IMG/VR virus record: IMGVR_UViG_3300037231_000129
Coordinates: 34,025-98,024 of that record
DNA from: a virus
DNA length: 64,000 nt
Direction: 5' to 3' (one strand)
A program made the position numbers and the translations under genes. This document shows, one piece after another, positions 11,659 through 19,968 of the stretch (position 1 is the stretch's first letter; every line of letters starts with the position of its first letter). Below the pieces are notes generated by a model. It did not search any database, was not told where the DNA came from, and saw nothing but the letters and a program-made list of their open reading frames with translations.

Positions 11659-12783
11659 TCAATCAGGCTTCGGCACTTCCTCCTCCGGATCCATAACTCG
11701 CCGCAGATCCTCAAGACTGTCCGGCGGCGGCGGCCGCGGCGGCTCACTCTCGCGCCGCACCTCGCCGGCGAGCAGCAACTGCCCCGCGCGCACGATGCGC
11801 AGCTCGTCGCTGCGCAGCTTCGACATATCCGCCTGTGGCAGCAACGCCGGATCCGCCGGCGGCACCGTGGGCCCGCGACCACCACCCCCGCCCAGCGCCA
11901 GGCCGGCGATCGCGCGTTCCAGAGTGATTGTGTCCTTCAGCGAGTTGGTGAGCGCCCGCAGCGTCCCCGCCAGCGTGTCGCCCTCGGTCGGCAGCAATAG
12001 CGTCAGCGCAGCCCGCTGCACCTTCAACAGCTTCTCCTGCGCGTCCTCCTCCTCAAGGCCCTCGGTTTTCACGTAATCATGCGGCGTCAGGTAAACCGAC
12101 AATAAATGCGTCACTTCCGCCAAGATCCGCTTATGTCGCTCCACCTGCTGGAGCTGCTGCAGCGACATCATCCCGCGCAGCGTTGAAAGGTGAACCTGGA
12201 GCTCCGCTTGCTCCTCTTTCGACCGCGTTGGGAATATAGTCGCTTCGGGTGGTTTAGGCGGTGGTTTCGCTCCCGGAAACGGGATTACGTGCGCACCCGG
12301 CGCTTTGCCGGCCTTCGCTGGCTTGGCGGAATCCCCGACGGGCTTGGCTGGTTCTTCGGGAGGGGTCTGCTGGGGTGCCGGCGGAACGGGGGGTGGGAAT
12401 GGCGTCCCAGGCCGAACAGCCGGTGGCCCATGCGGCCCTGCCTGCCGCTTTGCGATCCGCTGGGCCTTCTTTGGCATGGGTGGACCGCCGAGGCTCTTGG
12501 CCAGCCCCTGCGCCAGGACTTCGTCGTGCGCCTCCGCCGCGGCATCCTTCACCTGGCGATCGAATTCCGCGGCCTGCTGCTTGGTGAGCTTCTTCATCTC
12601 GCCGGGAGAGGTGTATTTGAGCCAGCCGCCGACCTCGATCCAGTACTCGATGGCCCCCCGGTGAACACCATATTTCCTAGCCAGGTAGCGCTGGGAGCAG
12701 GCGGAGTTTTCGTATTCCCAGCGGCAGGCTGCCAGGTGTGCGTCGGTTAACTTCCGGACAATCCGGGTTGGATGCTTAGCCAT
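11659..12783 (-). CDS. putative terminase small subunit (N-terminal HTH)
   Basis: WEYE..SQRYLARKYGVHRGAI..W..GGW HTH typical of TerS; same strand as and upstream of terL. Confidence 0.55.
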   Translation of the reverse strand: MAKHPTRIVRKLTDAHLAACRWEYENSACSQRYLARKYGVHRGAIEYWIEVGGWLKYTSPGEMKKLTKQQAAEFDRQVKDAAAEAHDEVLAQGLAKSLGGPPMPKKAQRIAKRQAGPHGPPAVRPGTPFPPPVPPAPQQTPPEEPAKPVGDSAKPAKAGKAPGAHVIPFPGAKPPPKPPEATIFPTRSKEEQAELQVHLSTLRGMMSLQQLQQVERHKRILAEVTHLLSVYLTPHDYVKTEGLEEEDAQEKLLKVQRAALTLLLPTEGDTLAGTLRALTNSLKDTITLERAIAGLALGGGGGRGPTVPPADPALLPQADMSKLRSDELRIVRAGQLLLAGEVRRESEPPRPPPPDSLEDLRRVMDPEEEVPKPD

Positions 12784-12943
12784 GGCAACAATTCAACATT
12801 TTTGTAAGAAAAACGCAACGAGACCTTGAAATTATCATTGATTTTGCACCGAAAAACACCACATACTTATAGACCGAAACGCTCGGTCGGCCCAGCCGGG
12901 ACACCCCCGTTGCTGGGTCTTTGCATATCTAAGGAACACCACC

Positions 12944-13309
12944 ATGTTCAAAAAGTTCTTCCGCAAAATCGTCCCGGCAGTTCCTGGCTCCCCAAGGGGT
13001 CCTTTGGTTCTTGTCGTGACACCTCCGACGGCTCTTGCCGAGCCTGTCGTCGATTTCCTGACCCCGTTCATCCAGTTCTCTCGGATGCGGATCAATTCGC
13101 TTCGGATGTCCAGTTGCTGTCCCACCTCTGTGGTGGCACGGAAGCTGCGAAGGATCGAAGCAAAAATCGATAATTTCCAAAGACTGGTTATCTGCCCAAC
13201 CGGTCTCGATCTTGAACTCTCGATCATCATGGTCGTCGAGCTCATCAACGGGATTACCGCCGATTTGGACCAGGTCGTCAGTGAAATGGGAGTTGTCGAA
13301 ACCGTCTAG
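12944..13309 (+). CDS. hypothetical early protein
   Basis: AAGGA SD plus ACACCACC spacer; first gene of the + strand cluster. Confidence 0.6.
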   Translation: MFKKFFRKIVPAVPGSPRGPLVLVVTPPTALAEPVVDFLTPFIQFSRMRINSLRMSSCCPTSVVARKLRRIEAKIDNFQRLVICPTGLDLELSIIMVVELINGITADLDQVVSEMGVVETV

Positions 13310-13324
13310 CGCCGCGTGAGCGGC

Positions 13325-13381
13325 GTGCCTTCCCTGTGATCAAGCAGGGCAGAGAGCTGGCTGCGCTCCAGCGAAAGGCAC
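13325..13381 (+). ncRNA. hammerhead-like ribozyme, type III, CAGAGA core (A1)
   Basis: stem III GTGCCT/AGGCAC, N17=T, stem I CCCTG/CAGGG, CAGAGA, stem II GCTGG/CCAGC, GAAA. Confidence 0.7.
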
Positions 13382-13387
13382 ACCCCA

Positions 13388-13756
13388 ATGTTCAACGCAA
13401 TCCTCCCCGTCGTTCGTCCCGTCGCCATTGCTGGCGCCCGGGTTGCCGGCGGCATCGCCATTGACGTGACCAAGACCGCTGCCGGCGTCGTTGTCGGTAT
13501 CGCGCTCGCGGTCGGTCTGGTTCGTGGTCTCAACAAAATCGAAACCACGTATCAGACGGTCAAGACCCGCCGCCAGGCGCGGCAGATCGCCAAATCGGTG
13601 GCTCAGGAAATCGCAAAACGCAATCTCCTGGCCTCCAACGGCTTTCTGCACCGCGACCAAGTGGCTCCTCAGCTGCACGCTGAGATCCAACGGATGATCG
13701 ACAATGGCCGTCTGGTCCTTGTCGCCGATCCGATCTCCGATGAGCTCGCCGCGTAA
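13388..13756 (+). CDS. hypothetical protein with hydrophobic N-terminus
   Basis: ATG 7 nt after motif A1. Confidence 0.65.
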   Translation: MFNAILPVVRPVAIAGARVAGGIAIDVTKTAAGVVVGIALAVGLVRGLNKIETTYQTVKTRRQARQIAKSVAQEIAKRNLLASNGFLHRDQVAPQLHAEIQRMIDNGRLVLVADPISDELAA

Positions 13757-13801
13757 GCGGCGTGCCTTCGGGCCTCCTAAGACCACGCCGCACCATGCGG
13801 C

Positions 13802-13860
13802 GTGCCTATCCAGCACCGCTGGACAGAGAGCCGAGACCTGTCCGTCTCGGCGAAAGGCAC
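13802..13860 (+). ncRNA. hammerhead-like ribozyme, type III, CAGAGA core (A2)
   Basis: GTGCCT-A-TCCAGC acc GCTGGA-CAGAGA-GCCGAGAC ctgtcc GTCTCGGC-GAA-AGGCAC. Confidence 0.75.
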
Positions 13861-13868
13861 ACCCCAAT

Positions 13869-14138
13869 ATGCCCACCCCCACAGAAGAAATCCTCGATCC
13901 CTCCGATGAAGAGCTGGTCGAGACCCTACGCTGCATCAACAGCCTGGCTCGGCTCCGTGAAATCATGGGCGGCCGCCTCGGCAGCTCTGATCCAACGGTC
14001 GCACTCTTGGTAGCGGTCATCTTCCGTCTCGAGCGCGACTACCAAACGGATTCGAGCGAGGCTCAGCGTGACGAAATCAGACGCCTGGTGGCTTCGGAAA
14101 AAAGACACGAAATCACCAGCCTGCTGAATTCGCTATAA
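13869..14138 (+). CDS. hypothetical protein
   Basis: ATG directly after motif A2. Confidence 0.6.
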   Translation: MPTPTEEILDPSDEELVETLRCINSLARLREIMGGRLGSSDPTVALLVAVIFRLERDYQTDSSEAQRDEIRRLVASEKRHEITSLLNSL

Positions 14139-14155
14139 GAACCTGGCGCAAGCCA

Positions 14156-14214
14156 GGGCCTTCCCCACCCCGTGGGGCAGAGAGCCGGGACCTGTCAGTT
14201 CTGGCGAAAGGCAC
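14156..14214 (+). ncRNA. hammerhead-like ribozyme, type III, CAGAGA core (A3)
   Basis: GCCT-T-CCCCAC/GTGGGG-CAGAGA-GCCGGGAC/GTTCTGGC-GAA-AGGC. Confidence 0.7.
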
Positions 14215-14220
14215 ACCCCA

Positions 14221-14541
14221 ATGACTTTCAAATCCTTCCTGTCGGCGACCGGCAGCGCGATCGGTGCCACGGCAAAGATCATGAACGACGTCGCCATGAC
14301 CAATGCACGTGGCAATCTCCTGTTGAGGCTTCCGACCGAGATCGACAAGATCGATACCGCATTCGGAACCTTGACAACCGATCTTCACATGCTCGCCGCC
14401 TACGGCAAACCGAGCTCTTCCGAGCAGCTTCGCGCTACGCGGGAGATCTCTGACAAACTGGCAGCTTTGGCCGCCAAGCTTGTCGCAACATCCTCCGAAC
14501 TCGCGGCTTTGGCCGGGGCCAAGAAGATGAGCCCCGCATGA
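14221..14541 (+). CDS. hypothetical protein
   Basis: ATG directly after motif A3. Confidence 0.65.
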   Translation: MTFKSFLSATGSAIGATAKIMNDVAMTNARGNLLLRLPTEIDKIDTAFGTLTTDLHMLAAYGKPSSSEQLRATREISDKLAALAAKLVATSSELAALAGAKKMSPA

Positions 14542-14545
14542 CGGG

Positions 14546-14603
14546 GCGCCTTTCCAGCACCGCTGGACAGAGAGCCGAGACCTGTCGTCTCGGCGAAAGG
14601 CAC
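14546..14603 (+). ncRNA. hammerhead-like ribozyme, type III, CAGAGA core (A4)
   Basis: GCCT-T-TCCAGC/GCTGGA-CAGAGA-GCCGAGAC/GTCTCGGC-GAA-AGGC. Confidence 0.7.
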
Positions 14604-14608
14604 ACCCA

Positions 14609-14731
14609 ATGCTCAAAACTCTTACCCGAAAACTCCTGGTCACAGGCGTTGCGCTCCTATCGGGCGCCACGGTGGCCGGGATCACTCTCGCGATCATCTC
14701 CGTCAAGGGCGCGAAAGGCGCACCCGAATAA
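14609..14731 (+). CDS. 40-aa predicted membrane microprotein (not in ORF track)
   Basis: MLKTLTRKLLVTGVALLSGATVAGITLAIISVKGAKGAPE; ATG directly after motif A4. Confidence 0.6.
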   Translation: MLKTLTRKLLVTGVALLSGATVAGITLAIISVKGAKGAPE

Positions 14732-14753
14732 CCAAACTGCCCCTCTCGTAGGG

Positions 14754-14809
14754 GCGCCTTCCCCGCACCGCGGGGCAGAGAGCATCCCTGCAATGGATGC
14801 GAAAGGCAC
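14754..14809 (+). ncRNA. hammerhead-like ribozyme, type III, CAGAGA core (A5)
   Basis: GCCT-T-CCCCGC/GCGGGG-CAGAGA-GCATCC/GGATGC-GAA-AGGC. Confidence 0.7.
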
Positions 14810-14815
14810 ACCCCA

Positions 14816-15202
14816 ATGAGTTTTGCTTCATCCTTCGGCCAGCCGCTCGCGCGTACTGGCCTTAATTTGCTTCGTGGGTCCACGATCCAGGCCATCGCCC
14901 GCACTGTGGGCGTTGTCGCTGCCGCGGGTCTCCTCGGAGCAGTCTACCACGTCGTCAACGACGAGGCCCGCAACGTCGTCCAGCTCGCCCGCTTGCGAGG
15001 CCAGTACCGCCGGCACCGCCACGATCGAATACTCGTAGCGACGCTCGGCACGGCTCTGGATCCGCAGCTGCAATACCAGCTGCTCTCGTCGCGGGATGCA
15101 TTCAAACGCATCACACGCCTGCTGGTCGATCCGGCCGTCGACGACGTCTCACGTAACCAGCTGCGCCAAGCCATTGTCATGGCCTGCTCGCAGCCGGTTT
15201 AG
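14816..15202 (+). CDS. hypothetical protein with one hydrophobic segment
   Basis: ATG directly after motif A5. Confidence 0.65.
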   Translation: MSFASSFGQPLARTGLNLLRGSTIQAIARTVGVVAAAGLLGAVYHVVNDEARNVVQLARLRGQYRRHRHDRILVATLGTALDPQLQYQLLSSRDAFKRITRLLVDPAVDDVSRNQLRQAIVMACSQPV

Positions 15203-15251
15203 AACGGGTATCATACCCTTTCTCGTTCCCGCTTTGGTCCACCAAAGCGGG

Positions 15252-15316
15252 CGGGATACCCTCTCGACTGAGAGGGGAGTCCAGCCGGCCGCTCTGAAAG
15301 CGCCGACGAAATCCCG
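15252..15316 (+). ncRNA. divergent hammerhead-like motif, type III, GAGTCCA core (A6)
   Basis: CGGGAT/ATCCCG stem III, CCCTCTC/GAGAGGG stem I, G3-C8 swapped core, CGAAA. Confidence 0.45.
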
Positions 15317-15329
15317 AAAGGCACACCCA

Positions 15330-15746
15330 ATGGCCAAATCCAAGCTGTCCGAACGCATGCTTCCTGTGCGAGGTTCCAAGCAATCACATGAATTGCTGAT
15401 AGAGCTGGTCGCCGAACTTAAAATGGCGGCCGAAGAAGGCACTGTCTTGCATTATGCGCCTGTTTTGGACGCTTACGTGTCAAAGCGTAAAGCCAAACAG
15501 ATAAACAAATGCTTTGAGGAAATGCTCGACGAAGTTTTGCTTCGAAAATTGACGACCCTCGAATTTTTGTTTGTTGCGGCTAGACTCTGGCATTTCGCCA
15601 AGCTAGAAACAAATATGACGATGCCGATCCAAGCACGTCCATACTTACCCAAGCTGTTCGATCTCGCCGAAGAATTCGGCGTCGCGGCAGCGGATATCGC
15701 ACAAATCGAAATCGACCATGTCGTGAACCCGCCGCCCGATGATTGA
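15330..15746 (+). CDS. hypothetical protein
   Basis: GAAAGGCACACCCA-ATG leader shared with cluster. Confidence 0.65.
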   Translation: MAKSKLSERMLPVRGSKQSHELLIELVAELKMAAEEGTVLHYAPVLDAYVSKRKAKQINKCFEEMLDEVLLRKLTTLEFLFVAARLWHFAKLETNMTMPIQARPYLPKLFDLAEEFGVAAADIAQIEIDHVVNPPPDD

Positions 15747-15752
15747 TCGGGC

Positions 15753-15811
15753 GGGCCTTCCCCGCACCGCGGGGCAGAGAGCCGAGACCTGCACGTCCCG
15801 GCGAAAGGCAC
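15753..15811 (+). ncRNA. hammerhead-like ribozyme, type III, CAGAGA core (A7)
   Basis: GCCT-T-CCCCGC/GCGGGG-CAGAGA-GCCGAGAC/GTCCCGGC-GAA-AGGC. Confidence 0.7.
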
Positions 15812-15816
15812 ACAAA

Positions 15817-15942
15817 ATGCCGTTCCTCCTCGCCCTGGCATTCATTTACCTGCCGGGTTGGGTCTGGCCCGCGCTCATCATTTTCGCGTTGATCGCGCTG
15901 CTAGTGCCCGGCCTTGCACCCCCCAGAACCGGCGGTAAGTAA
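15817..15942 (+). CDS. 41-aa membrane microprotein
   Basis: MPFLLALAFIYLPGWVWPALIIFALIALLVPG..; ATG directly after motif A7. Confidence 0.6.
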   Translation: MPFLLALAFIYLPGWVWPALIIFALIALLVPGLAPPRTGGK

Positions 15943-15978
15943 CCGCCGGCGCCGGCATTCAACCGGCTTGAGAAAGGG
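15922..15978 (+). ncRNA. hammerhead-like motif, type II, TTGAGAA core (B1)
   Basis: GAA-CCGGCGGT/ACCGCCGG-C-GCCGG/CCGGC-TTGAGAA; weak stem II. Confidence 0.5.
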
Positions 15979-15984
15979 ACAACC

Positions 15985-16260
15985 ATGACCATAGACCCCA
16001 ACCTCCTCCGACCTGGTCATCGTCTGCGGTTCACCCAATCGCTGGACGTCTTCACCCTGGACCACATCTTTCCCAAAGGTGCGGCGGGCACGATCGAAGA
16101 CGCCGAACTCGACGCCCTCCCGGGTCTGCCAATCCTGTATCTGCGCATGGATGACGTCTTTCCCTGCTTGAGCAGCTTCAAGAATGTTCTGCAGATCTTC
16201 CGGTCTAATGACCTGGGTGCGGAGGTGACCGACGCTGAATTCGAACCATGCGGCTTCTAA
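15985..16260 (+). CDS. hypothetical protein
   Basis: AAGGGA SD within motif B1. Confidence 0.65.
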   Translation: MTIDPNLLRPGHRLRFTQSLDVFTLDHIFPKGAAGTIEDAELDALPGLPILYLRMDDVFPCLSSFKNVLQIFRSNDLGAEVTDAEFEPCGF

Positions 16261-16297
16261 GCCGCCTGGTGCCAGGACACCCCTGGCTTGATAAGGA
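16240..16297 (+). ncRNA. hammerhead-like motif, type II, TTGATAA core (B2)
   Basis: TTC-GAA-CCA.GCGGCT/AGCCGC.TGG-T-GCCAGG/CCTGGC-TTGATAA-GGA. Confidence 0.6.
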
Positions 16298-16304
16298 CAT
16301 CCAC

Positions 16305-16910
16305 ATGTTACTCACCGACGACCAGGCCACACGCATCAACGGCCTTCTCCGTGCCACGCGGCCGTTCGCCAAATTGCCGGCGACGAACCAGCGACCCATG
16401 AACACCACGTGGCAAGCACTGAACGACACGTTGATGTCGATGCGGCTCCCCCTCTATCACAGATCCCTGCGCAAGCCGGTTCCCACGGAGAAGGTCTACG
16501 AGGCCGCCGTGCAGAATGGGCTTGCACTCCTCGGCGCGTTCGCGGCGACGCTTGGCACCAAACAGGCCATCGTCAGCAGCCGCGGCCGCTGGATCGACCG
16601 CATCAGCTTTCAGCCCCGTCCCGACGGGATGAACTGGAATGCGGCGCATGCCATCTCCCCGGAGTATCTGGTCCAAAAACGGGCCAGTGATCCGAACCAA
16701 GCTGTCTCGTTGGAGGATTTCCTGTTCATGGCCGCCAAGACTACCTACGTGGTAGCCCGGCGGTCCGCAGGCGCGATCCCCGACATTACCGCTACCTTCG
16801 CCTTCGACGTCGCCTCCGATGGTGCGCCGACGGTCGATGGGGTGGTGCGAGAACACGGCGCCCAGACGCATAACGCGAGCTTGCTGCCGCTTTCTCCTTT
16901 CCGCCTTTGA
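16305..16910 (+). CDS. hypothetical protein
   Basis: TAAGGA SD within motif B2; ATG 16305. Confidence 0.65.
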   Translation: MLLTDDQATRINGLLRATRPFAKLPATNQRPMNTTWQALNDTLMSMRLPLYHRSLRKPVPTEKVYEAAVQNGLALLGAFAATLGTKQAIVSSRGRWIDRISFQPRPDGMNWNAAHAISPEYLVQKRASDPNQAVSLEDFLFMAAKTTYVVARRSAGAIPDITATFAFDVASDGAPTVDGVVREHGAQTHNASLLPLSPFRL

Positions 16911-16965
16911 GAAAGGCGCGCCCTTCGGGGCCGCTTATCCATGCACATCATCATGGACTGAAGAC

Positions 16966-16994
16966 TTGATTTCCCGCCTGATCATTACCATATC
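16966..16994 (+). promoter_or_regulatory. putative sigma70-type promoter for the large ncRNA
   Basis: TTGATT-N17-CATATC in an AT-richer stretch just upstream of the structured region. Confidence 0.5.
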
Positions 16995-16999
16995 AGTTG

Positions 17000-17815
17000 G
17001 GTCATTAAAATCCGAATGATCTGGGCCCGGTTAGCGCCCTAGAGTGCGGCGCTTCTGCGCGGCTTGAGACGATCCTGGTGCGACGGTCGCACTTGCAATT
17101 TAGCAGGCGAGATGTTGAGGAAGACATCAATAGAGATTCCGCATCGTTGTGGTACTTGCAAGAACGCGGAAAAGGCCAATGCTCGACTGTAAGGCCAGTT
17201 GGGATTTGAGTACGGCAGCACTTGTAACCCTGCCCGAACACGGGGGCGCCACCCTCCAAGCCTAAACCTCTTCTATTTCGTCCAATGAGTATCGACCAAA
17301 ATGGCTCCGCTATAGTCCATCGGCATGCCGGTCATCCGGATTGATGCCAGTTAGAATGCGGTTCCGAGTGCCTGGGGTCTATGGCCCCCAGGCCGCCATG
17401 AGTAGTCGAGCCATCCGTAGTGGTAGAAGTTGGTTTGACTATGGAAATCAAACTGATGGAATTCACCGCGGAGATCCTATCCGGCAAGCCATTGGCGACC
17501 GCAAGGGCGCCGAGAATGCCGAGAGTTCATGCAGGCCCATGAGCAGGATAGGATCTGGTTTCCGTCGCATAACGCGGCGGGCTGAGAACTCGCCCGGGGC
17601 CTGGTCGCAATCCAGTAGCCAGAGCCCCCGGGCGGCAGAAACCAGATATCATTCCCATAGCATAGCGGTCCGAGTAGCTTAGTGCGCTCGACTGCTAAGG
17701 CCGGCAGCTTCTGCTGTGTTTCGAAAGGAACCCGCGTTGGGTGTGCGCGGCGGCCGGCATCTCACCCACCACCCAACTTCCCCCCTGACAGGACCCCCTG
17801 TCAGGGGGTTTTTTT
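17000..17815 (+). ncRNA. large (~800 nt) highly structured non-coding RNA, GOLLD/ROOL-like in size and style
   Basis: no credible ORF; many local hairpins, long-range 10-11 bp helices, GNRA loops and AGTA/GAA loop-E-like motifs; bounded by promoter and terminator. Confidence 0.75.
17781..17815 (+). terminator. intrinsic terminator
   Basis: CCCCCTGACAGG-accc-CCTGTCAGGGGG followed by T7. Confidence 0.9.
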
Positions 17816-18238
17816 GTGCCTTTGACGCCAGCTCGCCAGTCCGTGCAACGCGGCGCGGAGTAATGGCTGCTGGGTGGCCGTGGGCGGGTTTTCCCACACC
17901 ACGCAATTTACCAGCACATTCCAGGAATCCGGGCCGATCGCGTCGTAGGCATGCGCCAGCTGGTGCAACGCGGCTGCCTGCTCAGACGCGCGCGTTGCGT
18001 CTGCTTCAGTGAACGAGGAGCGGCTCAACCGCCCGCGGAGGTTGCCTGTCGTCGCCATTTCGCCAAACCAGGCGGCCGCGCCCAGCAGTTTGGCGACCTC
18101 GTCGCCCAGCTCGCCGGCGTGCGCCATCACCTCGAGCGGTGTGAGCATGCGGCCCGGAATGACGGTTTTCACGACCATCCGGCCATCTTTGATCGTGACG
18201 TCGGCGAATGCCGCCTTGACACGATGTTGATACGCCAT
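17801..18238 (-). CDS. DUF6456-like putative late-transcription regulator
   Basis: A...L..AYDAIG....VLVNCVVWE...LLRAALHGLA.W pattern resembles the GafA C-terminal family. Confidence 0.4.
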   Translation of the reverse strand: MAYQHRVKAAFADVTIKDGRMVVKTVIPGRMLTPLEVMAHAGELGDEVAKLLGAAAWFGEMATTGNLRGRLSRSSFTEADATRASEQAAALHQLAHAYDAIGPDSWNVLVNCVVWENPPTATQQPLLRAALHGLASWRQRHKKTP

Positions 18239-18304
18239 GGAAAACCCCTCTATCGTGGACCATGATCTTGCCTACGACTCTAGGAAAGCGGTTAACATCC
18301 GGCC

Positions 18305-18841
18305 ATGAAAGCCCCGACCAGCCTCCCCGTTCTGCCATTAAAAGCCGATATCACGAGCGAGGTGGGTCAGATCGCGATCGCGATCCCACTGGCCACGACG
18401 TATCTGCTTTCACTGATCGATCCGGCCGACAAGAAAGGTAAACGGCATCTGTATAATCAGCGGCACTTGCGAAATTTGACCGGCGGTGGCGACAAGAATG
18501 GCAAAGGCGGCAACGAAGAAGACCGGCTGCACAAGAATTCGATCCTGAAAATCTGGGACCTGCGCAAGATATGGGCGGTCCCTCAGCCAATAAATCCCAC
18601 TTTGGGGAGAGCCTATCGAAAAGCATGCTCAGTGGCTGGTGGTACGCCCACCATGAAGAAACCGAAAATGCACTGGATCGAGGCGAAAGAGGGTGCATCC
18701 GGCTTCATGGGCGAAAGCGGGCGCTACCAATGGCTGTGGAACCCTGAGGTTTCCACCTTCGAGAAGCTGGAGCTGATCCTCGCTGAAGCCCGCCGGCGGG
18801 GGTTTGACGCCGAGGTGGTCAAGATGCGGCAAGCGGCGTGA
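18305..18841 (+). CDS. hypothetical protein
   Basis: 178-aa ORF divergent from the preceding gene. Confidence 0.6.
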   Translation: MKAPTSLPVLPLKADITSEVGQIAIAIPLATTYLLSLIDPADKKGKRHLYNQRHLRNLTGGGDKNGKGGNEEDRLHKNSILKIWDLRKIWAVPQPINPTLGRAYRKACSVAGGTPTMKKPKMHWIEAKEGASGFMGESGRYQWLWNPEVSTFEKLELILAEARRRGFDAEVVKMRQAA

Positions 18842-18853
18842 GGGATCCCCCGC

Positions 18854-19477
18854 GTGAGCCCCGAAAACGCCCCATCCTCGCTCACCATCCCTGTTGCGTC
18901 TGCGCCTCTCGATTTGCTCCCTACGGCGTCGGAAAAAGCTTTCCTTGGATCTTCAGTCAGGACTGGGAAACCTACTTCAAATCCATGCTCTGGTACTGTC
19001 CGAAGCACAATCCAGACACCGCGGCGTCGCAACCATTACGAACGCCGGCTGCAAATCTACCTCGTGCGTCAGTTCCGCCGCCTGGTCGATCCACTGGACG
19101 CGAGCCTGATCGCGATCGAGAACGGCGAAGACCGTAGCCCGGAGACGCTCGAGCTGCTCGATGCCATGGGGTTGGAGGCCGGTATCACCGACCTGGTGCT
19201 GCTCGCCACAGGCGCACGGGCGCACTGGATCGAGATCAAGCTGGCCAAGACGGATCTGCATGCAGCGACCGACGTGCGGCCCAACCAGCAGGTGATCCAC
19301 AACCTGCTCCGCTATTATCGCTTCCAGGTCAGCGTGGTGCGGACGGCGGACGAATTCTGGGCAATCGTGGATGCGATGCAGATCCACCATTTGCCGCGGC
19401 CGCCGGTGCATGAGCAGCTGCACCTGCCGGTGATGCGCCGGCGGCGGCTGAAGCGCCCGACGGCCGAGGCGGCCTAG
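18854..19477 (+). CDS. VRR-NUC domain nuclease
   Basis: MGLEAGITDL...WIEIK...RPNQ...VVRT PD-(D/E)xK pattern; start uncertain. Confidence 0.75.
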   Translation: MSPENAPSSLTIPVASAPLDLLPTASEKAFLGSSVRTGKPTSNPCSGTVRSTIQTPRRRNHYERRLQIYLVRQFRRLVDPLDASLIAIENGEDRSPETLELLDAMGLEAGITDLVLLATGARAHWIEIKLAKTDLHAATDVRPNQQVIHNLLRYYRFQVSVVRTADEFWAIVDAMQIHHLPRPPVHEQLHLPVMRRRRLKRPTAEAA

Positions 19478-19968
19478 CCGATCGGCTTAGCCGGCGGCCG
19501 CGATTCCATCAGTTGTCCCGTTTTTCCATGCGAGAGAGTCGGCCGGGACGGTTTCCCCTGAGCCTGCGGCCTGCATCCGTCAGCCAAAGCAACCGGTTCT
19601 CCGTCCTGGTGACGAGGCCGGCTGACGTCGCGGCGGCGACGATCGCCCGGTCATCCGGCAGGCTACGCGATTCCCACCATTCGGCGAACAGCGTGCTGTC
19701 AGCGATGACGGCCTGGGGCGTCGGATCTTGCGTCATCATGGCAAATCCGTATTCGAGGCGCTGGACAGCGAGCACCATCCGTCCCACTCGGTCATCGTCG
19801 ACGTCGTCCAGAGCATGCAGCCATCCGCCAGACACCGTGTCGCGACGATGACGTTCGCCGTCTGTTGGCTGCTCATCGTCGGTCCTGGCCGGTTGATGGC
19901 TGGCCCCTCATCCTGCATCGACAGGGTGCGCGACCATGGGCACCATTTCTTCTTTGCTTCGTCGGGGC

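Noticed and set aside
12844-12875. Early promoter TTGCAC-N17-TTATAG upstream of the first + strand cluster
   Set aside because: Plausible by position, but the -10 match and spacing are ambiguous; not supportable without transcript data.
13325-15811. Repeats as a CRISPR array or REP elements
   Set aside because: Spacers are whole ORFs of 120-420 nt, repeats conserve structure rather than sequence, and no cas or transposase genes are seen.
17005-17906. Short ORFs (17005-17259, 17341-17682, 17679-17906) as real genes
   Set aside because: No clear SD, implausible composition, and they overlap dense base-pairing; better explained as an ncRNA.
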